The position numbers and the translations under genes are program-made. Shown here in pieces: positions 1 to 12,117 of a DNA stretch of 58,570 nt. The notes under the pieces were generated by a model. The model had not been told where the DNA came from. It ran no database searches and was given only the letters and a program-made list of their open reading frames with translations. This stretch comes from Girardia tigrina (lineage: Eukaryota): positions 1 through 58,570 of the forward strand of contig MQRK01172106.1 of the NCBI GenBank assembly GCA_001938485.1. The letters run 5' to 3'. How positions within the stretch are numbered: position 1 is the stretch's first letter; every line of letters begins with the position of its first letter.

Positions 1-81
1 GGCAAAATGTGCACTATCGATTAGCACTTTTAAAATATCGATTAACACATTTGGACACTGTGCAGTGATCGATTAGCACTT

Positions 82-616
82 TTATCTACGGTCCTTAGTT
101 ACGGGGTGACGGTTGCTATAGATACGGGAACCGTTAGCATGGTTACAACCGCCTTGGATCACTGTATCCGTTGCTGATGAAAAACGTCCCTTGGTTACCG
201 TTACCCTGGGAACCATGACCTTGGTTACCATCACCGAGTNNNNNNNNNNNNNNNNNNNNNNNNNNNNNNNNNNNNNNNNNNNNNNNNNNNNNNNNNNNNN
301 NNNNNNNNNNNNNNNNNNNNNNNNNNNNNNNNNNNNNNNNNNNNNNNNNNNNNNNNNNNNNNNNNNNNNNNNNNNNNNNNNNNNNNNNNNNNNNNNNNNN
401 NNNNNNNNNNNNNNNNNNNNNNNNNNNNNNNNNNNNNNNNCCGTCGGCCAATCAGAAGCGTTTCTAAGGTGATCGCGACCGTTGCTAGGGAACCAAGGAG
501 CCAATCAGAAGCGTTTCTAAGGTGATCGCGACCGTTGCCATGGTAACCGCGACCGTTGCTATGGCAACCGTTACCCCCCCGGGGGGGTGGTGGAGAACGC
601 CCATTTTTCCCCTACT
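82..616. repeat. GC-rich minisatellite-bearing repeat end (contains N-gap 240-440)
   Basis: Recurrent GGTTAC/CCGTTGC/GGTAAC units; a ~39-bp block repeated with 53-bp period (447-485 and 500-538); the terminal 594-616 segment matches the opposite window end in inverted orientation. Confidence 0.7.
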
Positions 617-811
617 ATTTTATTATATCCAATAAAATTTAAATTAAATATTTTAAATAAAATAATTTTCTTCAAGTTAGTTCAGATTGGTATGAAAAGT
701 ATTAAACATTAAGTGATGGATTTAATTGAGAGTAATACTTTTGATCGTCATAGAGATGATCAAAATTGTGAATGTAATAAAAGTTCTATCAAATGTGTGA
801 GTTCTCTTAAC

Positions 812-1460
812 ATGGCGACTTCACACCACATGACTCCGAACATCAAAGGTCTAGAAACATTTTATGTATCCGAGCACAAATTAGAAGAATTCGTGATAAG
901 TTTTAACATGTATTCAAAGATTATTGGATTATCAGAAGAGAGGAAAATCTTACTGGTAACACCTTACTTGACTCCAGATACGATTTTGAGATACAAAAAG
1001 GCAACAGGGAGTATTTGCAAAGCGAAAATACGAGTGGCATTTTCAAAAGAAATATCTATTTTGAATTTGATGAATGATATCATAGATAGGGTTCCACATA
1101 GCAGATGAGATAATTGAAAAATTAGGGGAGAAAAAGTTTGGCAAGAAAGAACTATCAAATTTGGTCTATGCTAATATGATTGAGGATGATAACGTCGATC
1201 AAGAGATAGCGATTTGAGGTGTATCAAAGACAGAGGAGATCGAAAACATACAAATGGGGATGTATGAATACAGGAAAAGAAAGGAAATTCACTGATTGCA
1301 CCGTATAACACAAGGAAAAAAACGATTGGATAAATAAGGAGAATAAAAGAAGAACATCAATACAATGGAACGAAAAAGTAAAGAGAGAAGGTACATGTCA
1401 AAATTATAAAGTCAGAAAAATAATTTGTTGGGCATATCATGAGGAAGGTCAATTATTGGG
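812..1460 (+). pseudogene. Decayed LTR-retrotransposon gag fragment
   Basis: ORF 713-1108 reads LETFYVSEHKLEEFVISFNMYSKIIGLSEERKILLVTPYL (gag N-terminus-like); a degenerate zinc-knuckle-like ICWAYHEEGQ lies at ~1423-1452; stops and frameshifts in between. Confidence 0.45.
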
Positions 1461-1549
1461 ACAGAGGACGAATCAATTTTTTATTTCTATAAAGCACTTG
1501 TTCCTATTATTAATAATTTTACTTCAATCATTACCTTCCGCCTTTGTAT

Positions 1550-1980
1550 CTTACACACAACAATGTAAAAATTATATCTTACTCGCAAAGTCGAATGTTT
1601 GTTGGGGCTAACCCATTCCTTTAATTGTTTTATATTGATGTATAGGTACGATATTTCGACCCCAGTAATGGTCAAGAAATCTGTACTTGTGTCAGCGTGT
1701 TCAGCAAGAAAATCAATGGCTATTATGGATTGTTAATTTCTGACCTAACCAAGCAGATTGAATGCACTAAACACCTGAGACTATCTCAACAATTAAAAGA
1801 GATTCTCTATTGTACCATGGTTATATTCCAAACCCATTGGATATATTTTCAATTGAATATCTAGTTGTTTTCCTAACATTTTCGAACAAACTGATTCAAG
1901 CGCTCCTTATTGAAGTTAAATAGATGTTTAAAGCAAGTTATTCTATCAGACATAACGTCGTCCATCTTCCGCGGTTGTAG
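1550..1980 (-). mobile_element. Highly decayed mariner-like transposase fragment
   Basis: Translation FLTITGVEISYLYINIKQLKEWVSP resembles the mariner IVTGDE...WV segment. Confidence 0.35.
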
Positions 1981-2899
1981 AGAAGAAAAAAGTATAAAAA
2001 TCATTATTTTCGTTGACACTATATATAATTATTTAACCTAAAAAATAAAAAATCCTTAATCACCAATGTTGGGTTCCTGATCAAGATTATAATTCATTAA
2101 CACCAAAAATGTATTAACAACACAAAAATAACAATTATTTAAACAATTCTGGAGGAACTTTCGTTTTCTTTTGACTAAACTTCTTATACATAAAAATATG
2201 GAATTATAAATAGTGATAAGCTATTTATTAAAACGAGATTTTAAAAATTGAATTTTTTTCATTAATTTTATAGATTAACATTCTATTATTTGATAAAATT
2301 TAATTTAAAATCAGTATAAAATCAGCAAAATTTATTTTAACCAAATTAACAAAAGAGTTTAACGTTTTATTTATTATCAATATTTCAATTTTAAAATAAA
2401 TTTTCATTTGTTTTACATGTCTACATTTTTGAAATACAATTTACGAATTTAAAATACAATTATTAGTATTTGAAATACAATTTACGAATTTAAAATACAA
2501 AAATATTTAATTTAAGGAATATTTAAATTTATTATTATTTGATACGATTATAAAATTTTTAATGACAGTTTCTATATATATTTTTTAATAATTATTTATC
2601 AAATTTTAATTGGCAGAATTTCCAACTAACTTTTAAATTTAAAATTCTCTTTTTTTTATTACATCTCTGACAACATAAATTTCAGAATAACTTTTAAAAT
2701 AAATGCAAAACAATTTAAACAATACAATTAAAATTCAATTATGGATGAAAATAACCTTTTACAATTAATTAAAGATTTTTTTTAGTTATAACTGTTTAGA
2801 AAACTTTTGATTTTAAATAATTCCTTATTTTAGAGATTATTTATAAAAATTAATTATTTCAAAAATTTAAAGAATGAACCTGTCCTTCACAACCAAAAA

Positions 2900-3700
2900 T
2901 CACAGTTTCTTGTACACGAAAATTCTCAAATGAATTATGCTAAAGACATTTATTTTCAAGGATTTAATTCAAATATATGAAAAAGGAATCCAAATTTAGT
3001 GGAATTTGGGGAAGTTTAAAAGAATGGAATTTCAAATAAGAAGTTTTCAATTAATTACAAGGATGTTTATTCCATTTAGTTCAAATATAAAACTTAAAGT
3101 AGCAGATGAAGGTATAATCCATTGATATAACAGTGACCTAGGTTTTGCGCTTAAGCCGCACATGGTAAAGACTTTACCTTTCACTTGAGGAACTGGAAAA
3201 AGCATTCGAAGTTTTGAACAATAGTTTAACTGGTGAGTTTACTCCTTTTTGAGACTACTTCGAAGATTATTATAAAGGAAGGATGCATTGTAGTAATAAA
3301 CACTGTCAACAGCCTTTCTCCCTGCTATTTGGTCTGACTATTTAGGAACTATAGATAATGATTCTAGGGCCAATAATTTTGAGGAAGCTTTCCATAAAAA
3401 ATAAGTAGAGAACTCGTAGCAGATCTTCCATTTCTTTGGAAGTTTATAGATAGATTGTGTAAGATTAAAAAAGTTGATTAATTATATAGAAAGTTTATTT
3501 GGGGAGATTAGAATGCTTAATAACGAATATATGATAAAGAATACCCTAATATCATATATATCATCATTTTTGTAAGAAAGAGAGTCTTTTCAGTTTTCAG
3601 TGGTTGGAAAAGAACAAAAACTACTTAAAACAAGGGAATTATCATGGAATAATTAGAAATAGATCGTGACAGAACAAATCCGCTTTAGACAAAAATTTTG
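2900..3700 (+). mobile_element. Possible decayed LTR-retrotransposon pol fragment
   Basis: Scattered motifs (FQLIT, KVAD, GNYHG) in broken frames resemble RNase H/integrase segments; weak. Confidence 0.25.
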
Positions 3701-3849
3701 ATGAGATCGCTGTCTACGTTAAAAAAGATCAGATCATAAATGATCAGGCAATAACAATGTCATGAAATTTCAAAGAAAATAGATATAATAGAAGTATAAT
3801 AGTATCAATAGATAACTTCAATAGACAAAAAAGGTCATTTTACATTATG

Positions 3850-4362
3850 GTGAAATCTACAACAATCTTTTTGGAACTAGACCTAACTAGCACATCAGAG
3901 TTTCACTGTGAGGAAATTAATAAAATGTACCAAGAAGTACGTCAGAAACAGCCAACCCTAGTCAACAGAAATTATCTTATCCTACTGTGTGACAAGGCCC
4001 AACCACATGTTTTTCAAATCATCGGTCAGAAATTAAACGACTAGCAGGTTGAATCTGACTAACTAATCTTACTCCCGAGACCTTGCACCAAAAGACTACC
4101 ATCTTATTCAAATTAATCAATAACTTTATTGCCGGTAAAATCTTCGCCAATCAGGACAAGACATAAACGGACATAGTGATCTGTGTAGAATCTAGAGTAT
4201 CAAATGTTTTCTCTGACGGAATACATAGAATTATATAGCTTTGGCAGACGTGAACTTTTTCGGAGGTTATATACTTCGAATAAATACAATAAGTATTAAG
4301 AAATTCGTTATTGCTTAAAGATTACCAATTAAAACCTATAGAATTTTTGTGACAAACTTATA
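3850..4362 (+). mobile_element. mariner transposase 3' remnant with terminal repeat
   Basis: LVNRNYLILLCDKAQPHV (HDNARPH-like) and YSRDLAPKDYHL (YSPDLAPSDYHL-like, ~4070-4105); ends in a mariner-type TIR-like sequence followed by TA at ~4341-4362. Confidence 0.85.
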
Positions 4363-4797
4363 TTGTATTAGACTACACCATTCATTTTTCAGTACAGTAG
4401 CTCTGAGGATTATTTTCGAATGGTGTTTATTGTGTGTTGTGTTTGGTATGTTGTTTATAGGATAGCGTTTCTCCCGGAACCGTTGGATTATTCGGACAAT
4501 TTTGAAATTTAAAAAACAACTTTAAAGTAAAATTAATATTTAAATCAATTTAATTAATAAATATTTAATAATATTTTAATCAAAATATTTAAAATCTATT
4601 TGAAAGTGATTTAAAATATTTTAATAGTGGTTTGTAACAAATATTTATATAATCATAAATAAGGTATTTAAAATTAATTGAAATATTTTTGAAAATAAAT
4701 TTTAAATATTTTATTAAGGACTTTTAAATTAAATTTTTTCGTATTAGAGGTTTAGAAATAAAATTTAAATTTATTAATCCAGACCGATGTCTAACTA

Positions 4798-5345
4798 CTG
4801 TAGATTCTGTTTTTATGCGGTTTTGAACTAATGCATTTCATAAAGCATAAGGTTTTTCAAGCGTAATGTATTTCATAAAGTAAAAATAACCGGAAAGTTT
4901 GCATCAGCAAAGGAAAACAATTGTTCAAAATTATTGTAGATAGAGGATATAGTCTAGTTCAAGTCTTTAATGCAAACGAAACTGTATTATTTTGGAAAAA
5001 GATGCAAAGTCGTACCTATATAGCTTAAGCTAAAAAACCTGCAAGCTGTTTTAAACTAGCAAAAGATAGAATCACCTTTTTTTATTTTGCATCAGATCGG
5101 ATATTAAAACCTCTTGTTTCAAATCGGTCACTAAACCCTCGATCACTGAAGGGTAAAGATATGAGAAAGCTTCCAGTTCATTGGATGACCGACAAGAATG
5201 TAACGCGACAAGGCAATTTTCACAGAAATGTTCTTAGAAATTTTGGAACGTATATATGGTTTTACTATGGAATTAGTAACCTTTTTATGCGGTTTTTTAT
5301 GCTGTTCTTGCGGAACGTATTTACCGCATAAAAAAGAATATACTG
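4798..5345. mobile_element. Non-autonomous pogo/Tigger-like TIR element
   Basis: Imperfect TIRs CTGTAGATTCTGTTTTTATGCGG (4798) and CCGCATAAAAAAGAATATACTG (to 5345); TA on the left flank. Confidence 0.65.
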
Positions 5346-6330
5346 AACTAAAGTTTTGTGGAGAATTATCGTGGAGTAATTTGAGTTGTGATTTCAATAA
5401 AAGTATTTGTAATCATATTAGTGTTCTTATTAGTAACAATATGTCATATTCTTGGATGTTTTATAATCTTAGTTATTAGATAGTTGGTATAAACGTGGGA
5501 TTTGGAATGTATCAAGTTAATATACGATTTGTTTAAATTGTAAATGTCAACGTTGTTTACAGATATTAAAAAACTTATGTAATATATAAAATATAATATA
5601 AATACATAAATCTTTTCGTGAAATAAACAAATACTTTATTAAGCAATATATTTTATGAATTGATAAAAGCATTAATTTTTAATGCCATACGTCTTTCATT
5701 CTATAAAACTTTGTTTTCTGACTAATTGACCAATTAGCGACTTTTCCCTTGCGATTTGTGGAGCCTTCTTTATCCTTGCAAATATTTGCCTTCACGCAAT
5801 TCATGATAACCAGTCGGTCCTGGAGACATAAAATATTAACATATTGAATGAAAATAATTATCTAAACTAAAACCTTTTCGATAAATTTTTAATTATTTTA
5901 CCATTAATAAAATAAAATGTTAAAATTATACAAAATATAACTTGTTTCATAAGAATTATTATGGCTTATTTTATTATTGTCAATGACTTAATTAAGAATT
6001 TTATAATTTGATTATTTGAGACATAAATTAATTTTTTTGTAATTTTCATCATTGAGATTATAAAATAGTAATTTCTTATTATTAGATTTTCTTTCCTTTT
6101 AGAATTTTTTATTGTTTTTTAAATTAAAAGAAAATTACTAATTTTTAAAGAAGATCAATTGAACTGAAGGAGAGAGATTTAGAGAATGCTATCTCTGAGG
6201 ACTTAGTTTATTTTCATTTCACTGATCTAGATAAATAATATAAATCGATGACATGATTGTTAATTTAAAAAAAGTAGCATAAACATTGCTTGAATATCGT
6301 TTATTATCAAATTATAATTTTTATCTTATA

Positions 6331-6545
6331 TTAGGTTGTCCCAGACATTATTAGCGTTTTCAGTCAATAGCTTCAATTGTGAATAACAGTTAAACAAAAA
6401 ATTTTTATTCTTCGAAGTATAATCCATGATTTTCTATCACTTGAATCTGACTTTGAGCAAGTTGCTCAATGCCATGATGGTACCATTCGGGGAATTTGGG
6501 GGCAAAGAAACCAGTGATGGCAGTTTTTACATCCTCATTGTGAGG
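6331..6545 (-). mobile_element. mariner transposase C-terminus and TIR
   Basis: Minus translation NEDVKTAITGFFAPKFPEWYHHGIEQLAQSQIQVIENHGLYFEE* is a typical mariner C-terminus; TTAGGTTGTCCCA TIR-like end at 6331. Confidence 0.8.
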
Positions 6546-6592
6546 AATATTTTAAATTGTCTGAATATGTGAATGTATTATTGTTGTATATT

Positions 6593-6685
6593 GATTTGAG
6601 TATGCTGAACTTAGAATGGTGATTCTCCCACCCAGATGGAAATTGGTATTTTTTAAATTTAAAGTGATTGACTATTCGAACATAA
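6593..6685. repeat. Dispersed repeat family, core CTCCCACCCAGATGGAAATTGGTAT
   Basis: Near-identical inverted copy at ~22292-22386; weaker copies at ~23119-23146, ~28771-28798 and ~57215-57245. Confidence 0.75.
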
Positions 6686-7596
6686 TTAAAATAATCATTT
6701 GATAAGTTTATATTTTTTAAATTAACAATTTAAATTAAGTTTAATATTTTTTTAAGAAAAGAAAAGCATTCAATTAAATTTAAATAAATTTAATAAGATT
6801 TAAATTAAAGTCAATTTTAATAATTTGATAACATTTTTATAATTTTGTGTTTTATTGAGAAATGGTTAAAATTATTATTTTTAATTAATATTTTTTAGAA
6901 GTTAAATGTTTTTAAAAAGATTTAGAAAAATTGTTCGAATAATCATGATTAAAAATAGAAATAACGAAACCAATTAGAGTGATTCCAAATGATGAAAGAT
7001 CTTCTGAGAGTTGTAATGACTCTATATGTGATAGTAATAAAAATTTAAATGAGAATTGTCTCAATGTTCTTAATACTCATCATATTGGAAATTGCACCCT
7101 TGAAAAAATCGGCCAACGATAGGAACTCATGAAACTCAGAAGGAGAGAGGTAATCTGCACAACTTAAATGCCCAAACTGTATTTTCTGCTGCATCTTCTA
7201 TGAAGTAGGGGCTGCGGAGTTTTCCTGTTTGACAGGGCTCTTCGTGATTTTCCAATTCAGTGTATTTAATGATCAGAACAAGCTGATCCTGAACAAGCTA
7301 TCAATTTTTGGAAGAAACTTTTTAAATCTAGTTATTAAATTATCATATTTCTTAACTAATTCTTAAAAATCCTAAATCTTTAAAATCTTGATTAATCGAA
7401 AGGTTGAGAATCTTGTTGTGGTACTCCGGTGAAACGACCGAAATAAAAAAACTTTCAAAACTGATTTTTGTTAAATTAAATTGAATAAATTAAGAAATGG
7501 TGTAACAGTTTAAAATTTAATAATGGAACATTTCGAATAAAGAAATGTCTTCTCTTTGGTGAACATTTTTTTGTTAATGGATAATAATTTAAATCT

Positions 7597-7885
7597 CACT
7601 GTGTCCGATGAGGATGATCGGACGTGTCGATAACGTTCGAAGACCCATGGAACTCGTCGGTCACCGGTCGGTGCGCTAGTACTAACCGGCACTGCGATCG
7701 ATTTGCAAAAACTCCCCGTGGAATACTACCACCCGGACTGTTAACGGTACCCCAATCGATCCACACGTGCGATACAGGTGAGCACAACTGGCGGAGTCGT
7801 GTTGATCAGCAGTCCGCCGTCAGGTCGAGTGCGGCGGTATCGAACCGATCTGATCGGTTAATAAAACTTTTCGAGATCGACAACC
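7597..7885 (+). ncRNA. Putative structured ncRNA, island A (unknown family)
   Basis: GC-rich island in AT-rich DNA. Helices GTCCGAT/ATCGGAC (7603/7617), long-range TGTCGAT/ATCGACA (7625/7876), CCGCCG/CGGCGG (7814/7832) and AACCGAT/ATCGGTT. Shares motifs with islands B, C and D. Confidence 0.55.
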
Positions 7886-9810
7886 CGATTAATAACTGTC
7901 ATATTATCAACGAAGCGTGCCGAAGTTCAAAGCAATAACAAAAGTGTAGAAGATGGAGTCGACGAAACTATTATTTCAATTTTTTACTTTTTAGTTTTAT
8001 TACATATTATTTAAGCAATTGTTAATTTTTTTAGAATTAAATGTCCTTTATAATTTGTTTTTTGATATTCGATAATCGCAGCACCACAATAGTAAATTTT
8101 GATTTCTTTCGTTTCAGAAAATATTTTTAAAGAATGATACATTATTTCTATTTTTAACAAATTTAATATTTGTTATTTCATTAATAATTATATCTATTAA
8201 ATTAAAATGGTACAATTAATTTTCTAGATCAGACGGTTGAAATATTTTTTTACATTTTTTTCCATTTTCATAATAATTGAATCTATTCACGAATGGTTTA
8301 ATTTTCTATGCAAAAAGAAAATTCTTATTAATTTTATTATTTTAAAATATAATTTGTGCTTGAGGAAAAAAATTTGTTGGATAATTAATTTTCCAATCTA
8401 TGAAATTTTTATTATCAATTTTATGATTTAATTTGGATTCTGTGTAAATGTATTTTAAAAGAATTTTTCGAAAAAAGTAATAATAAATAATAATAATAAA
8501 TGACATTTTATCATATTTTGATACTACTCGTATTTTCAATGGCAAATTTCAAATAATCTTTCGTGGAAATTGCCAATTAATAGTGCCAATATACATATCC
8601 CTATAATTTTCATCAAAATCAATTTAAATAATCCCATCTCAATAAATCTGAATCCCAAATGCCATAAGCTACATTATTTTTTGGTAATTACTTGTTTCAA
8701 GGGAAGTTTATATTTTCAATCATCCTTCGTTGGGATATTTTCGTTGGCTTTACAATACGAAATCTCTACAACGCGCTCGACATATGTCCATCAAGTTTTC
8801 CTTCCGTAATAATAGTAATGCATTATTTACTTTTCATAATCCATTTGTTCCAATTATTTTAAAAAATTTTTTGGTAAATAAAAGAATGTTAAATATACAT
8901 AACAGTTTTAATTGGAAAATATAAATATTTATTTTTACTATTTTTATTTTTTGTTAATTATAATTATAATTATATTAATAAGAATAATATGATTTTCAAA
9001 ATTATTATTATTATCCCAATTTGAATTGTATCTAGGATAACTCTCCACAAAACTTTCATCTGTTGACATCGAACTTATTTGTTAAGATCTTAGACTGACT
9101 CGTTTTAATATGATTATTCGAACAAAAAATTCCATTTTACACAAATTAATTAATTGTACACGTTCATAACTATTTTATACACTAGAAAAAGACCCGTTGT
9201 TCGATTCACATTGATGGGGGCCCATATCGTAGTAAACCCCCCAAAAAATTTAACTTCCATTCGTCCCGAGTTGCAATTCTATCAAATTGATGTTCCATCA
9301 CGAAAAGCAAATATTATTTGGAAATTTCAAAAATAAATCTTTGTGTATCGATTAAAAAAATATTTGGAAATGTTCAATCAAAGAAACTGAAGGATTCTAT
9401 AAAATCTGCGGCTTATGAAATGCTCGATAATATACCGAATAATTGACGGAAATTCTATTACGTTTTCGATTAATTTATCGACTCTGTGCTTTTAATAATT
9501 AAAGTTTTATTTGTGTATAAAAAAAGAGAAAATTTAAATAAATTTAAAAAAATTAAATAAACAAAAAAATGGACACCAAAATGGCAAAATAAAAAAATAA
9601 TTAAAAGCTGTAATTTTTGATTTGTTTTAATCGATTATTGAGAAAAAAATCGGCGGTTTTCGTAATTTTGCGTACATGATTTATTATGGAAAAAAAATGT
9701 TTAAATTAATCAATTTTATTATGAATTTGGTGGAAATTTGATTTTGTGAAATTGTTCGAAATAATAAAAATTTGGCGTGGTGATTTTTTTTATTTGATTT
9801 GATGTTTTGT

Positions 9811-10416
9811 ATGGCGAATTTCACGAAGAGGAATTATATCAATGTTGGTCGAAATTAAACATCGTTGGTCGAAAAGTCGAAGAGTTTTTCAGTCGTTCTT
9901 GATCATGGTAATGAAATTATCAAACTTGATCCAAAGAATTGCACGTGGTGTGTTGGCGTTGGTGTTGTGCGTTTCGAAAGAGGAGAATATTCGCGATGTA
10001 TTATGGTGTTTAATAAAACCGTTGAAGTCGGACGTGAAAATCGGGCTGATTATAAATTAATCGCCAAAGCCTGTTCAAGAGCGGAGAATGTTCATTTAAA
10101 ATTAGATGATCTAATCAGCATTGTAAAAAAATTAACGATTTGTTCGATTGACATTAACGGAGTGTGGTGGAGTTGCTTTGAAAATTTGGAGAATGAATGC
10201 TTGTCGCAGTTGTATGAAACGGAGGACGGGACTGGAGCGGCGAGCCGCAGAGATCTGGCGATCGAGATGAGCGAGTCAGGGAGCGAGGGTGATGGAAGGG
10301 AGATTACGTTGTGTTTCTCCCTCCCCTGCCCTGGAATCACTGATTTCCCAACCCCGGGACGCCGCCACTACACTGCGCCCGCTCTGTCGCCAACACCCGT
10401 CATATATAACGAGTGA
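9811..10416 (+). pseudogene. Unassigned ORF-like sequence with one in-frame stop
   Basis: ATG at 9811, TAA at 9856-9858, then open to 10416 (183 codons), which is long for this base composition; no recognisable domain. Confidence 0.3.
10221..10402 (+). ncRNA. Putative long rod-like hairpin, island E
   Basis: Nested pairings GACGGG/CCCGTC (10225/10396), GGAGCGG/CCGCTCT, TGGCG/CGCCA, GAGTCAG/CTGATTT and AGGGAGA/TCTCCCT (10297/10316); several pairs work only as G-U on the + strand. Confidence 0.45.
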
Positions 10417-10489
10417 GCTGAATTTTCGTCTTTGAAAGTTTCTGCAGTAATTTTTAAATCACAATTATTATCATTTATTATTTACAGTA

Positions 10490-10940
10490 CAGATAAATCC
10501 GTCTCGATGCAGGCTATGCAGATTAATCTCAACCCTGCTTCTCCACCATTTTGCATTTTATCAGCATATATATGATCATACTGAAATTTGAGCTTGATCG
10601 ACAAATCGTGATTTAGATGCTAACGAAATTTCGCAAATTTAACCTAAATTGATTTTAAGAAATATAATTAGTAAATAAGAGATAGAAATCGTCGTATTCT
10701 CACGAAATTCCTTGTAGGAATAATCGTAATCGGCATTATTCGAATTAGGTTTTGATTTAACAATCTTTACCCGCACGGTCTTTGGTCGATTCCGTCGGCT
10801 TCGAGGCGTCTTTGTGGAGATAATGATTAAACTTATTTATTAAAAAATTAACCTAAACCCTAACCTAAACACTAACCCCAACCCCATCCGAAAGCACGAA
10901 CCTTAACGTTAACTCCTTATCCGAAACGTTAACCTTAACC
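10490..10940. mobile_element. Helitron/Helentron-like non-autonomous repeat, copy 1
   Basis: Homologous to 12168-12240, 12750-12870 and 12890-12925; followed by a degenerate CTAAC/CTAAAC microsatellite (10848-10940). Confidence 0.5.
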
Positions 10941-11764
10941 ACTTGTTGGGTATTAAAATCTTTAAAGTTAAATATTTACTTTTTAAAAACACAAATCGTT
11001 AATCTTTAATCTTTATTCCTTAAATTTTTAATCTGACCCTATTTAATCAGTAAGTTCTTCCAACATAAATATATAATGAATGAACACAAATTCTTTTTAG
11101 AAACTTTATTTTCAACAACACAAAATAACACACAGCTTTATATTGTTCAAATCAATAATATCAATAAACGTATTCAAAAACGGTTAAACGATGCGAGGTT
11201 TTCAGATCACAGTTTATTAACGTCGAAACTAAAAATCTTCTAAGTTGAACGATAACCGTTAAATCAGCAGTCAAAAATGAATTCTTGCTCTCCTATACAG
11301 GATACTGAATTCCAGTTTTAACTTTGATAATTTAAAAAGAAAAGATTTATTAAATAATAAATTTACTTTACTAACGGTTTCTTCTTTGATTATATCAACA
11401 GTAGTAATTTTTGTGTGAATATGACTGAATTAATTATTGTTTATATACTAGTTTTAAATAACCTTGAAAATTACTTTGCTAAACAATTCTAAAAATATTT
11501 ACAAATATTCGATAAATTTGATTAAAATAAATATTATGTGAATCGAAAATTATCATCAACAAAAGCAGAAAAACATTTTGAAAAATTAATTATGATAATA
11601 ATAAAAACATAATGGACAGTTGTTTAAATAAAATGAAAGAAGTCGAAAATAAGATAAACTGTCAAAATGTGTACATGTAATAATACATTAAGGTTTTTCT
11701 TGTAAAAAAGGGATTTCTCATCATTTTTCATCACATGGGATGCTTATGATTTATTGGCCTTGCT

Positions 11765-12035
11765 GAGTCAAAACGGCCACTCGCTCGCGGCTCCTGAGCC
11801 GATACGGACACACTCCTCTTGTATCCCACCACACTCTATGCATTCGGTACTAACCCGGCGCCGTGTCGCTTCACAGGGTCTCCAGCACATGAATGACCCT
11901 CGGTCGATTATTAACTGCTGACTCCGGGTTGATGTCGAATTCGACGACACATCGGCTGCAACCGGCCGTTTCATGGTCATCACTCTACCCCGTAACCCGA
12001 CGGTGATCTCCATCACCAACTGAAACGGGTCTTTC
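11765..12035 (+). ncRNA. Putative structured ncRNA, island B (unknown family)
   Basis: Nested helices AAACGGCC/GGCCGTTT (11771/11964), AGCCGAT/ATCGGCT (11797/11951), AACCCGG/CCGGGTT (11852/11924), AGGGTC/GACCCT; 3' domain ACCCG/CGGGT enclosing GGTGAT/ATCACC. Confidence 0.55.
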
Positions 12036-12117
12036 AAACCTAAGGAACCTAACAGACTCTGCGAAATTAAGTGGTTATGGATGCGTCTATCTCAGATCTC
12101 CGTCTACACCACACCTA

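Noticed and set aside
82-504. ORFs spanning N-gaps (also 23582-24097)
   Set aside because: Artefacts of N runs and microsatellites.
10848-10940. Interstitial telomeric repeat
   Set aside because: Only degenerate CTAAC/CTAAAC units inside a dispersed repeat, not a TTAGGG array.
7679-11860. TACTAAC as branch point or telomerase template; GGTTAGTAC on the minus strand as 5S rRNA
   Set aside because: There is no downstream polypyrimidine/AG, no full CTAACCCTAA template, and no other 5S features; the motif lies in a predicted helix.
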